Shown piece by piece: positions 1 through 9,581 of a DNA stretch of 64,000 nt; position 1 is the stretch's first letter; each line of letters begins with the position of its first letter. The DNA is taken from positions 1,940 through 65,939 of the forward strand of contig JAHFMX010000006.1 of NCBI GenBank assembly GCA_023267635.1, given 5' to 3'. A model generated the notes under the pieces. The model searched no databases. It was not told the DNA's origin and saw only the letters and a list, made by a program, of their open reading frames with translations. Origin of the DNA: a bacterium. Its GTDB lineage: Bacteria > Patescibacteriota > Minisyncoccia > Phycocordibacterales > UBA5272. A program made the position numbers and the translations under genes.

Positions 1-69
1 TGTTTGGCGTTGCTCAATTCTAATTCCAATGAGTCAAACATTAACTGACACAATCATGGAGTTAAAATT

Positions 70-681
70 ATGAGATCAATAACAAACGTTTACACGATAA
101 CAGCTACCGATGATGATGGTATCTGCTTATCTCAAACTCCCGGTGGAGCGGGGGCACTCACTATAAATGGTGCCCTCCTTGCTGGGATACCTACAGCACA
201 GCACGTAACCATAGCCTGTGCTGGTAATGAGACTGCAAGAACCTTCACCATAACAGGTCTTGGATTAAATGGGCAGACTAGAACTGAAGTAGTAACAGGT
301 GTTAACGCTGCAACAGCAACAAGCCTACGTAACTTTTCTATTGTAACTTCTGTTGTAGTTGATGCTGCAACAGCGGGCGCAATTAAAGTTGGGTTTGTGC
401 AAACTGCTGAACTGGTCTGGATGCCTTTAAATCATTATGCTCAGGGTATTAACTATGGCTGGATGGTTACTGTAACTACTGCTACATATTCGATTGAAGG
501 CACACATAGCGACATACAAGACTCAACAGTCACGGCATTACCATTTACTATTAGCCCAGCCGCTACTGCTACAGCAGCAGGCTACTCTACAGTACCTTGT
601 AGAGCTGTGAGGGTGAATCTTACAGCCTGGACTTCCGGTACAGTGACTGTACAGCTCACTCAAGCTGATGGTGCAAAATGA
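70..681 (+). CDS. virion structural protein (Thr/Ala/Gly-rich, beta-strand type)
   Basis: 203 aa ORF with GGAG SD; T/A/G-rich composition; first gene of the structural cluster. Confidence 0.55.
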   Translation: MRSITNVYTITATDDDGICLSQTPGGAGALTINGALLAGIPTAQHVTIACAGNETARTFTITGLGLNGQTRTEVVTGVNAATATSLRNFSIVTSVVVDAATAGAIKVGFVQTAELVWMPLNHYAQGINYGWMVTVTTATYSIEGTHSDIQDSTVTALPFTISPAATATAAGYSTVPCRAVRVNLTAWTSGTVTVQLTQADGAK

Positions 682-1403
682 GAGTTAGAGACTTAGTTTC
701 GATAGTCAGGGAAGATTATTTGAATGATGTTAAGGCTCAGAAGTATCTGCACAGTGACGCTTCTTTGCTTCGTAAATTCTCTGAGGCAGAGAAGCAAGCA
801 TGTAGCCGTGCAGACCTGATATTCGACAGCACAACCTCGGAGTTCTCAAGGATAACTCTTGTATCCGGGGTGTCTGCTTACAACTTCAGTAACAAGGTTA
901 TAAGCATTGGTGATGTTGTGTATGCCAGTAAGGTTTTGGTTAAGAGGTCACGTGATGGTCTTGATAGGGATTTTCCATTTTGGCGAACCGATGCAGGTTT
1001 AACCAACTTTGATATTTCTTACTCCATTTCTGGAAGAACAATCCAGCTTAACCGAATACCTGCTGATGTAGAAGCTGGGACGTATCTTTACCTAGAAATC
1101 TACCGGCTCCCTTCAGTATCATTGCAAGACCTTAATCAGGAGTTTGAGATTCCTGAAGAACATCAAAGGTCATTGATTTACTGGGTTCTGCATGAGTGCT
1201 ATAAGAAACAGGACTCAGATATATTTGATCAGGAGAAAGCTGACTATTTTCTGGCAAGATTTACACAAGAATTTGGTAGGCCAATTTCTGCAATACAAAG
1301 ACAACATAACTTAGAATCTACAGCTACATGTCAGATATTTCCTGAGACATCAAGAATCAGAAGAATGCGTGTTACAGCTGAAGATAATCCTAATGAATGG
1401 TGA
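678..1403 (+). CDS. head-tail adaptor / tail tubular protein A-like
   Basis: Pattern EAEKQACSR...EIPEEHQRSLIYWVLHECYKKQDSDIFD...F typical of phage adaptor proteins; ATGA overlap with upstream gene. Confidence 0.6.
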   Translation: MRVRDLVSIVREDYLNDVKAQKYLHSDASLLRKFSEAEKQACSRADLIFDSTTSEFSRITLVSGVSAYNFSNKVISIGDVVYASKVLVKRSRDGLDRDFPFWRTDAGLTNFDISYSISGRTIQLNRIPADVEAGTYLYLEIYRLPSVSLQDLNQEFEIPEEHQRSLIYWVLHECYKKQDSDIFDQEKADYFLARFTQEFGRPISAIQRQHNLESTATCQIFPETSRIRRMRVTAEDNPNEW

Positions 1404-1409
1404 GGTGCT

Positions 1410-1691
1410 ATGACAAGAGGGAATAGAGGTAATGATTGTGAACCTCCTTCAATTGATGACTTAACAGGAATTGATGGGCAATCATATTGTACATACGTAG
1501 CCATCCTGAATGAAAGATTGACAAATGTTATCCGAATACAAAATGAGCAATTGACCACAAGTAGGCTGATGCTGAAAAAATTAGAACAAGTGACAACTTT
1601 TCAGAATAGATTAATCGGGTACTCTGTTTCTGTAAGTGTAGTTATAAGCTTGCTGTGGGATTATGGAACGAAGTACCTCAAAGGCATTTAA
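1410..1691 (+). CDS. small coiled-coil protein with C-terminal TM helix (holin/XhlA-like)
   Basis: GAGGT SD; hydrophobic LIGYSVSVSVVISLLW near C-terminus. Confidence 0.55.
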   Translation: MTRGNRGNDCEPPSIDDLTGIDGQSYCTYVAILNERLTNVIRIQNEQLTTSRLMLKKLEQVTTFQNRLIGYSVSVSVVISLLWDYGTKYLKGI

Positions 1692-1887
1692 TGCTCAAGT
1701 TTTTACTGGCATACTTTCTGAAAGGATAAAGTACCTGGAGTCTGAGTTGGCTAGATGTAAAGAAGAGATCATAGAGCTAAACAGGAAAATTGAAGAGTTA
1801 GTAAATTTCCAAAATAGGGCTATTGGGGCTTCTATGGCGGCAAGTGCTATTTTAACAGCACTACTGAAATATTTTTTTAATGTGTAA
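1663..1887 (+). CDS. small coiled-coil + TM protein, paralog of 1410-1691
   Basis: Shares LEQVTTFQNRLIG / IEELVNFQNRAIG and C-terminal TM segment. Confidence 0.5.
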   Translation: MERSTSKAFNAQVFTGILSERIKYLESELARCKEEIIELNRKIEELVNFQNRAIGASMAASAILTALLKYFFNV

Positions 1888-1908
1888 TAAAATAGTCGGG
1901 AGGCTATC

Positions 1909-2325
1909 ATGGCTAATGCAATTTACCCAAAGTGGAAAGAAACAATAATGAAGGCTGAGGCCAATAGTGAACTTGACTCCGCAACAGGAGCTACAGGTGT
2001 CTATGTTGCTTTAGTTGATACAGGTACTTATACCTATTCTTCAGCACATCAATTTTACAGCTCATTGTCCGGTGTTGTCGGTACGGATCAAGAAATTCTA
2101 ACCAAGACACAAACAAGTGGTGTTTTCGATGGTGACAATGTGACTTTCCCTGCTGTTACTGGTGCTACTGTTGAAGCTCTGGTTATCTACCGTAAAAATG
2201 GTGGTGCAAACACCACATGGCCATTGATAGCTTATATAGACACTTCAGTAACTGGATTGCCAGTAACACCTAATGGTGGTGACATTGGTATTACCTGGAA
2301 TGCTTCCGGTATCTTTGCTTTATAA
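1909..2325 (+). CDS. tail/virion structural protein
   Basis: GGAGG SD; MANAIYPKWKE...LPVTPNGGDIGITWNASGIFAL resembles a common phage tail-associated family. Confidence 0.65.
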   Translation: MANAIYPKWKETIMKAEANSELDSATGATGVYVALVDTGTYTYSSAHQFYSSLSGVVGTDQEILTKTQTSGVFDGDNVTFPAVTGATVEALVIYRKNGGANTTWPLIAYIDTSVTGLPVTPNGGDIGITWNASGIFAL

Positions 2326-2328
2326 GCC

Positions 2329-4644
2329 ATGACTACCTGGTTTATTGACCCATTAAATGGGACAAACTCGGATGCCAGTGCAGGAAATGGTGATAGCTTC
2401 GCAACTAGAAGGAAGAGTATAAGTAACATAGTTGCTGCTGCTTCAGCTCCTGGGGACACTGTTAAAATCATGGGGAGCCCTGATGCAACGAGCTTAGGTG
2501 TTACTGGTGTCTGGACAGAAGGACCTCCAACTTCTGGAGTTGCTATAACAAGTGCCTCTAATGCTACACCTATAGTAGTTACTCAAGCAAGCCACCCTTT
2601 TGTAAATGGTGATACAGTCTTCATTGCTAATGTTGGTGGCAACACCAACGCTAATGGTCTATGGGATGTAGCTAATAAGACCAGCACTACGTTTGAGCTC
2701 AAGAATCCTGATGGAACAAACTCAGTGGGTAACGGATCATCCAGTGGTGGAAACTCTCAGCTAGTTAATTCTCTTCGTGTTAAGTTAGCTTCAGCCGTGA
2801 CTAAAACTATTTGTCTGACTGGTAACAAGGGAACAAAAACTAACTGGACTGCTTCAGCTAATGTGACTTGTACTGTTGACACTTCCGATTGGAAAGAAGG
2901 TCAAGAGTGCCAAAAAATTGATATTGCTGCGGGGTTCACTACAGGGCTTGCTGCATATATCCCTTTAGCAGGTGCTACGGATTTTAGTGCCTACCAACAA
3001 ATTACTTTCTGGATCAAACAGACTTCAGGGACTATAGGAGCAACGGGGGACATTCAGATTAAACTTTGTTCTGATGCTGTGGGGGCTACTCCGGTAGACA
3101 CGTTTAATATCACGACAGTAGGTGTTTTGAACTACTGGATGCCTATCACAATAGATAAAGGCTCAGCTCTTGGTGCTTCTATCCAATCAGTCTCATTTAA
3201 TGTAGTGACAGACAATGGTGCACAGATATTTTTTATAGACAACATGCAAGCGTGTAAGGCTAGCTCTTCTGCTGATAGCTTGACGCTTAACAGTCTCATA
3301 GGTAAGGCAAATACTGGTGGTAGGTTTTATGGTCTGTGCTCTATAAATAATAATTTGATATTTTTAGGTCAGGATAACAATCAAAGAGTAGTCTACAACA
3401 ACACTCCTAGGGGGTACTACACAGTTGGTGGAAGTGGTACTGTAACAACCTATAAACGGGAGTGCTTCAAGACAACCCCCGCCACATCCCTTGGAGGCTT
3501 TGTCCAAGAGGTGAAGGAGGCAGGAACTTCAGGCAACCTTATTAACTACTCAGGTGGTTGGAACACAACCGATATGACTACACAAACGATGGAGACGTGG
3601 TTTGATGGGCAAAATAATAACGGTTACGGCATCTATCTCGGATCACTTGACTATATAGGTATGAGTAAGATTGGCTTTGTCAGGTACTACACACTAAATC
3701 TAGCTTCAAATTTTAGTGTTTTCTCTTTACTAGCTTCATCGAACAATCTTATCGGCATTTTAGGAACTTCCTTCAATAGGGGCTCCTTCACAATAGATGC
3801 TTGTAATAATCACCAGCAATCAGGGATTAATTTAGGTAATCAGAATAGTATTACTGTTGGTGAAGCTAATGGGAGTTTGACTTTTGGGCTAGCCATAGCA
3901 GAAAATAATAAGTTAACAGCCACTGATATTTGTGGAAATGTAAGTTATGGGATTAGTAGCAATGGGGCTAATAAAAATACTTACTATGTAACAAATATAA
4001 AAAATAATTCTGCAGCTGGGATTCTTTTTCAGAACTCTGATGGGCATCTTGTTGTTGGGGCAACAATTGAAGGCAATGCTTCTTATGGTATTTTGTATGC
4101 AGGTACCTATCATAAAGCCTATCTTAGAAACTGTATTATAAACCAAGCTACTGAAGTTAGTGGCACAGCACAAACATATAGTGGGGATGGTGGTATTTAT
4201 TCTCAAAAGCATGATCAGACCTTAAACAACCACTATAATTTTTTGAATAACGGCATTATTCAATCAGAAGCTTCTGTGAGGCATACAGCATCTGGGATTT
4301 CCTGGAAGGTTTCCCCAACATCTACAGCCTATGTTTTTGATGCCTTCCCATTCATACTACCAGTAGCTAAAGTTGCTTGTAATGCTAGTGCCTTAGTTAC
4401 AGTTAAGCTTTGGATGCGTAGAACTAACACGGGATTGACCGCAAGGCTTGTTTGTAAAGGTAAACAAATTGCTGGGGTTGATGCTGATGTTACTTCAGCA
4501 ATGACAGTGGCTGCTGATACCTGGGAAGAAATTACTATAACTTTCACACCTTCTGAAGTTGGTGTAGTTGAAATTACTGCTGAATGCTTTGGAGGAACAA
4601 CATACAGTTTGTATGTTGATGATTTAACAATAACACAGGCATAA
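2329..4644 (+). CDS. tail spike/fiber with right-handed beta-helix region
   Basis: 771 aa; ITSASNATPIVVT..HPFVNGDTVFI beta module; Asn/Gly-rich beta-helix-like repeats (NNSAAGILF, GNASYGILY). Confidence 0.6.
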   Translation: MTTWFIDPLNGTNSDASAGNGDSFATRRKSISNIVAAASAPGDTVKIMGSPDATSLGVTGVWTEGPPTSGVAITSASNATPIVVTQASHPFVNGDTVFIANVGGNTNANGLWDVANKTSTTFELKNPDGTNSVGNGSSSGGNSQLVNSLRVKLASAVTKTICLTGNKGTKTNWTASANVTCTVDTSDWKEGQECQKIDIAAGFTTGLAAYIPLAGATDFSAYQQITFWIKQTSGTIGATGDIQIKLCSDAVGATPVDTFNITTVGVLNYWMPITIDKGSALGASIQSVSFNVVTDNGAQIFFIDNMQACKASSSADSLTLNSLIGKANTGGRFYGLCSINNNLIFLGQDNNQRVVYNNTPRGYYTVGGSGTVTTYKRECFKTTPATSLGGFVQEVKEAGTSGNLINYSGGWNTTDMTTQTMETWFDGQNNNGYGIYLGSLDYIGMSKIGFVRYYTLNLASNFSVFSLLASSNNLIGILGTSFNRGSFTIDACNNHQQSGINLGNQNSITVGEANGSLTFGLAIAENNKLTATDICGNVSYGISSNGANKNTYYVTNIKNNSAAGILFQNSDGHLVVGATIEGNASYGILYAGTYHKAYLRNCIINQATEVSGTAQTYSGDGGIYSQKHDQTLNNHYNFLNNGIIQSEASVRHTASGISWKVSPTSTAYVFDAFPFILPVAKVACNASALVTVKLWMRRTNTGLTARLVCKGKQIAGVDADVTSAMTVAADTWEEITITFTPSEVGVVEITAECFGGTTYSLYVDDLTITQA

Positions 4645-4647
4645 GAA

Positions 4648-5913
4648 ATGGCCTTACCTACTGCTTCAGATTTAGTAACTCTGAACTTCTCCTACGATGG
4701 CTACCCTTGCTGTGATATTTCTCTTACTACTCCACAGTCTACTAGCCTGGATGTTTCTTTTAAAGCACTTCCATTTGTAGGAGCTCAGGGAGGTACATTT
4801 GCACAGACCTTAAACCCAAGCCTATTTACCAACACTAGTACGTTCTATGTCCCTACAGTGTCTGGTGGAGAAGTAACTCTTACACCAAGTTTCTTCACTA
4901 ATGCTAATACAACTTATACAGCATTTGTTAGCCATAATGTTAATGCTGGTCTATTTAGCAATACCAACACATTCTATTCTGCAACTGTTATTGATGTCGG
5001 AGTACAGCTTCACCCGGATTTGTTCTCTGGCACTAGCACGTTCTATGATGCAACAATAACTTTTGGTGCAGTAACGCTCACACCAAGCTTATTTAGCAAC
5101 ATCAACACGTTTTATGCAGACATCATAGTCAAGTACCTTAGCCCTGATCTGGAAGTTAATACAAATAACTTTTTTGGGGGCTCTGTATCGAAGTCTGTTG
5201 CACCTTCTTTATTTAACAACATTAATACTGTTTATGCCCATACAGTAACCCCTGGATCGGTGACGCTTGCCACAAGCCTATTTAGTAGCACAAACACATT
5301 TTACACGCATACATTAGTTGCAGGCAAGGTGCCGCTGCTTCCAAGCTTATTAACTAATGCAAACAGTTTTTATTCTCCTGCTGTAGCAGGTGTAGTAGCT
5401 TATATCTACCCTGATTTACTTTTAAATAGTGCCATATTTTACTCAGCTAAAATATCACTAAGCCTTCTCCCAAGCTTATTAACAAACAGCAATACATTCT
5501 ACACCGGAGAAGTACATACTGGGTTTGTAGGGCTTTTCCCAAGTATATCTATAAATACCAGCACGTTCTACGTGCCTACAGTAGCCCCTGGAGCAATAAC
5601 TCTTACACCCAGCCTCTATGCAGACCTTGACACGTTTAATGCAGCTACAGTCACACGTGGGTCTGTGGTACTTAATCCTGGGCTTATAACTAATAGCAGT
5701 GTGATATTTTCTCCGGCTGTGTCGTTATCATTGAAGCCAAGTTTATTTGCAAACACTAATCTGTTTTATAGTGGCTCTATTGCTACCGGAGCAGTTTCAT
5801 TATTTCCGGGGCTTTTTACTAACACAAATACGTTCTTTGAGCCACAAGGCTTTCACTTTGCATCAAGAACACCAAAGCAGCGCAAGGTATTTGTACCTAT
5901 GGGAGGCTTTTAA
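4648..5913 (+). CDS. repeat-rich virion fiber protein
   Basis: Many tandem ~19-23 aa repeats of consensus LxPSLFxNxNTFY. Confidence 0.6.
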   Translation: MALPTASDLVTLNFSYDGYPCCDISLTTPQSTSLDVSFKALPFVGAQGGTFAQTLNPSLFTNTSTFYVPTVSGGEVTLTPSFFTNANTTYTAFVSHNVNAGLFSNTNTFYSATVIDVGVQLHPDLFSGTSTFYDATITFGAVTLTPSLFSNINTFYADIIVKYLSPDLEVNTNNFFGGSVSKSVAPSLFNNINTVYAHTVTPGSVTLATSLFSSTNTFYTHTLVAGKVPLLPSLLTNANSFYSPAVAGVVAYIYPDLLLNSAIFYSAKISLSLLPSLLTNSNTFYTGEVHTGFVGLFPSISINTSTFYVPTVAPGAITLTPSLYADLDTFNAATVTRGSVVLNPGLITNSSVIFSPAVSLSLKPSLFANTNLFYSGSIATGAVSLFPGLFTNTNTFFEPQGFHFASRTPKQRKVFVPMGGF

Positions 5914-6105
5914 ATGACTAACCTACTACCAAGCCTATTTGTGAACATTAATACCTTTTCTGTTACATCCAGTAGCACTTCAGGCACTTATGTCTCTAAT
6001 TATGGGGGCTTAGTTTATAGGGAAGACAGAGTGGTTTATAATGCTCAAAAAAGGAAGAGTGTTACACTTTTTCGTAGAGACAAGCACATCTTCATTGAAC
6101 AATAG
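5914..6105 (+). CDS. small virion protein starting with one LLPSLFxN repeat
   Basis: GGAGG SD; ATG immediately follows upstream TAA. Confidence 0.5.
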   Translation: MTNLLPSLFVNINTFSVTSSSTSGTYVSNYGGLVYREDRVVYNAQKRKSVTLFRRDKHIFIEQ

Positions 6106-6113
6106 GAGCTACT

Positions 6114-6629
6114 ATGTTTTATAGCGATTTTGAAAAGAAATTACACATCCCAGGGTTTCATGACCCCAATGACATTCGCCCTATGGGGTGGTTATTCAAG
6201 CCCCCAATTTGGATAGCTGCCACAACTTACTCAAAATCAGATGAAGAAAACTTTGAGATAGTCATACCTTCAGTATTTTCTGGCCTTTATTTCTTCGTAA
6301 GAAACCCAGGAAAGTCCGGCGCAACTGAACCCACATGGGTTAGGAAGGAAGGAAAACTTACAGAGGATGGCACTTTAGGCTTGATCTGGGAAGCTAAGAA
6401 CTACAATCTTATGCCGGTGAACGAGTATATTGTTGCTGTCACTTATATCACTACAAACAGCGTCACAGTCTCTTCAACCTCATTTACCACAGGCTCTTCT
6501 GATTTTGTAATTGATGTGTTGCCAGTTGCAGCGGTGACTGCCGGAGAATTTGAGATCACTACCAGAGTGACTAAAAACACAGGTGCCAAGTTTGATGCCA
6601 CTATGGTCTTCAAAGTTGGGGAGCGTTAA
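6114..6629 (+). CDS. virion protein
   Basis: AGGAG SD; GKSGATEPTW..EDG..W motif seen in phage tail modules. Confidence 0.5.
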   Translation: MFYSDFEKKLHIPGFHDPNDIRPMGWLFKPPIWIAATTYSKSDEENFEIVIPSVFSGLYFFVRNPGKSGATEPTWVRKEGKLTEDGTLGLIWEAKNYNLMPVNEYIVAVTYITTNSVTVSSTSFTTGSSDFVIDVLPVAAVTAGEFEITTRVTKNTGAKFDATMVFKVGER

Positions 6630-6632
6630 GAC

Positions 6633-7886
6633 ATGGCTAAGCCTAACTTGAGAAATTTCAGTGTAGGCCCTTTCAAAGGGATGAACAATAGACTCCCTAG
6701 AAGAGACATGCCTGCTGATGTGCTAGCTAATGCTGTGAATGTTTTAGTTGATAACTCAGGCAAGGCGATCTTTCCGGCTATTGGCAAGACTCAAGTTTAT
6801 AGTGGTACCAACGTTCACTCTATCAAAGAGTTCCTTGACGTTACATTGTTTGTTGACAATGGAATTCTCAAGAAGCTTAATTCTAATTACACAGCAACTA
6901 CTATTTTAGCCGGTGTTGGGTCTTCTCCTATGTTCTATGAAGAACTGGGGGATCATGTTTATTTCTCCAACTCAATCTTGATGGGGCGCTACTCAAAGAC
7001 CCTACAAATCTATGAGCCCTGGGGTATAGATCGCCCAGCCTTTCAGCCATCTTGTGAGGCATCATCTTTCGGTGGGCTCCCAGCAGGGGAGTATAGGGTT
7101 GCAATAACATGGGTTGGTGCTTGGGAAAGTGGCACTACTACAGGAAGGAAAGTGGCCTTGCTTGATGGCCAAGGAATAAGACTCTACAACTTCCCGACAC
7201 CACCGTCTAATGCTGAGGTTATGCGGGTCTATGTAACTGCCACAAACTCAAAAGAGTATTATCTTTTTTGGGAGTATCCGGTAGGGGCAACAGACATAAC
7301 AATCACAAAGCTAAACCCCCAAGGAGTTGTCCCAACAATCCCTTTGAAGACTATGTACCACTACACTCCTTTAGTCAGGGGAAAGTTTGTTGTTCACAGT
7401 GGCAGGATTTATTATACTCGGAAGAATCGGGTGTTTTTTACGGAGCCAAAGAATTATGGTCTGGCTAAGCCCCTGCAATACTGGACTTTTGATGGTGAGA
7501 TTAAAGCTCTTTATTCGATACCCCCATTATTGTTTGTGCATACCGACAAGACCCTCTACCAGATTACTAACATTGATTTAGATGGTGCACCAGTAATAAG
7601 GAAGTCTGTAAGCTACGGAGCTACACCTAATACTGAAGTTCCTGATCAAACTATTGATGCAGGTTACACGTTCACCAAGCACGGGTTCCTTATGGTAGAC
7701 AACCAAGGAAGCTCAAAGGAGCTCAGCTATAAGGACAATGCTCTTCCTTTATTCTCTAAAGGCACTATGAGCATTGTCGAAAAAGATGGTATGAAGTTTT
7801 TATTGTTTTTCGGTAGAGGGGGTACTCAAAACCCGCTTGCTGATAAAGAGTATAATTCAACAGAACTGGCTCGCGGGAGCCTCTAA
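6633..7886 (+). CDS. tail nozzle/stabilization-like protein
   Basis: GPFKGMNNR...ANAVNV N-terminus; beta-rich 417 aa; position in tail module. Confidence 0.5.
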   Translation: MAKPNLRNFSVGPFKGMNNRLPRRDMPADVLANAVNVLVDNSGKAIFPAIGKTQVYSGTNVHSIKEFLDVTLFVDNGILKKLNSNYTATTILAGVGSSPMFYEELGDHVYFSNSILMGRYSKTLQIYEPWGIDRPAFQPSCEASSFGGLPAGEYRVAITWVGAWESGTTTGRKVALLDGQGIRLYNFPTPPSNAEVMRVYVTATNSKEYYLFWEYPVGATDITITKLNPQGVVPTIPLKTMYHYTPLVRGKFVVHSGRIYYTRKNRVFFTEPKNYGLAKPLQYWTFDGEIKALYSIPPLLFVHTDKTLYQITNIDLDGAPVIRKSVSYGATPNTEVPDQTIDAGYTFTKHGFLMVDNQGSSKELSYKDNALPLFSKGTMSIVEKDGMKFLLFFGRGGTQNPLADKEYNSTELARGSL

Positions 7887-7910
7887 TTTTTATTTTAATA
7901 GGTAACTAAA

Positions 7911-8711
7911 ATGGCACATAATCCTAACATGGCTAATTTGGTAATGTACTACTCAGGTGGAGGCTCTAATAGTGTTACTACAGCTTCAATTGGTGGTGCA
8001 ATATCTTCGGCAAGGGTAACTTCACAAACAGCAACAGCATTAACTACGTTAACCGGAGTCACCATTGATGATGCTATGGGTAACGGAGAAGGCGACGGAA
8101 CTTTGTCTTTTGCTTCAGCAACCAAGACTTTAACATGGCAGCCTCAAAATGGTAGTGCCGGAACCCCGGTAACCATAACAGAAAGTGGTACATGGTTTAT
8201 CCAGGGTTACAACAATGGGGTCAATAACGGTGGTGCCCTATGTGTGACTGTTGTTTACGCAAGCTTGCCAACAGTCAACATTAGTAATACAGTTACTATT
8301 GCAAACAGAACTGAAAAGATGTTCTTAAACTTGACGGAAGATGAGACCAATACCGGCGTAACCAAGTACCATTGTTTCGCATTGAAAAACACACATGCCA
8401 CTAAAAAGATAGTGGACATTAAGATGTGGGTTAGTAAGAATCGTGAGGGTGCAGCTGAGTCTCTTTACCTTGATCCTTTGGCGGCCAGTAATGGTGCGGT
8501 AGGCCCGACTGCGGTGGCTAATGAAAATACAGCACCTGCTGGTAGTACGTTCGTTGTTCCAACATCATCCACTGATGCAGCAGTTCTTAGTTTCGGTACT
8601 TTGTTAGCCGGTGAAGTCAGGTTCTTCTGGCGTAAAGAGGCAACACCAGCTGGGCTTGATACTGCAGTTACAGCTAACACGTTTGTTGCTAGCATTTCAA
8701 TGAGGGGTTAG
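7911..8711 (+). CDS. virion structural protein
   Basis: YYSGGGSN...SIGGAISS and YHCFALKNTH motifs typical of phage tail-associated proteins. Confidence 0.5.
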   Translation: MAHNPNMANLVMYYSGGGSNSVTTASIGGAISSARVTSQTATALTTLTGVTIDDAMGNGEGDGTLSFASATKTLTWQPQNGSAGTPVTITESGTWFIQGYNNGVNNGGALCVTVVYASLPTVNISNTVTIANRTEKMFLNLTEDETNTGVTKYHCFALKNTHATKKIVDIKMWVSKNREGAAESLYLDPLAASNGAVGPTAVANENTAPAGSTFVVPTSSTDAAVLSFGTLLAGEVRFFWRKEATPAGLDTAVTANTFVASISMRG

Positions 8712-8713
8712 TC

Positions 8714-9145
8714 ATGGCACTTTATAGTTTATCTTTGATCTCAACGGTTACAACCAACAACGCGCCCGCATGGGGGTTCTTGGCCTCCTCAGATCAAAGC
8801 CCAAAGATTTATGAAATTCACTTAGACATAGGTGCAGCTACAGCTTCAACTTATGGATTGGGTAGAGCAGCTGCAGCAGGCACGCAGACATCTTCAGTAG
8901 CGGTTCTCCCTAATGGACCAGCCGATGCTACAACTAATAAATCTACTTGTGCTAGCACATGGTCTGCAGCTCCTACTATCCCGGCACAGTTCCTTAGACG
9001 CAAATATTTACCGGCTACGATAGGCTCAGGTGTTATCTGGACGTTCCCCGGTGGTCTTGGTGTTGCTGCTTCTTCTGAACTGGTGGTCTGGAACCTTAAC
9101 ACCAATTCAGCTTCTTTGCATGTAACTGTTGTTTCTGAGGAGTAG
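8714..9145 (+). CDS. virion structural protein
   Basis: GAGGGG SD; 143 aa A/S/T-rich beta-type protein. Confidence 0.5.
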   Translation: MALYSLSLISTVTTNNAPAWGFLASSDQSPKIYEIHLDIGAATASTYGLGRAAAAGTQTSSVAVLPNGPADATTNKSTCASTWSAAPTIPAQFLRRKYLPATIGSGVIWTFPGGLGVAASSELVVWNLNTNSASLHVTVVSEE

Positions 9146-9148
9146 TAC

Positions 9149-9373
9149 ATGGAAATTAAATTACCTGGCTTTATTTTGAGGTTGTATACTGAGCTTGCTG
9201 ACTTGCAAGAAAAGCAAAGGAAGCTCTTAAACTTTGTGGTCTCCCATGAGTATGACAGCCTTTCTGAAATCGAGAGACAAATTTTGGATAAAAGAGTTGT
9301 GATAATTCAGGACTACATAAATAACATTGGTGAAAGCTTGTTTGTTTTCAGTAAGGAAAGGCATCATGCCTGA
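9149..9373 (+). CDS. hypothetical coiled-coil protein (crAss001_48-like)
   Basis: GAGGAG SD; RLYTELADLQEK..KLLNF....YDSLSEIERQIL pattern. Confidence 0.45.
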   Translation: MEIKLPGFILRLYTELADLQEKQRKLLNFVVSHEYDSLSEIERQILDKRVVIIQDYINNIGESLFVFSKERHHA

Positions 9374-9572
9374 TACCAGAACTGTAGCTTACCTACAGAT
9401 TGAGATAAAAGAGTCAGGGGCGCTTTCTGTGGCTGGTAGCATTGACAATGAAGCGTATGCTATTGCCGCACTTCAAGCGGCTATTGATGCTGTGCGTTCA
9501 CATCACAGCCATAAACAGACTCTTATTATCCCAGGGTACGACACAGATGTGAACAAGCTTAGAACTAACTAG
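9366..9572 (+). CDS. hypothetical protein
   Basis: ATG 9366 preceded by AAGGA SD, preferred over track start 9327. Confidence 0.5.
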   Translation: MPDTRTVAYLQIEIKESGALSVAGSIDNEAYAIAALQAAIDAVRSHHSHKQTLIIPGYDTDVNKLRTN

Positions 9573-9581
9573 GTAAGCTAA

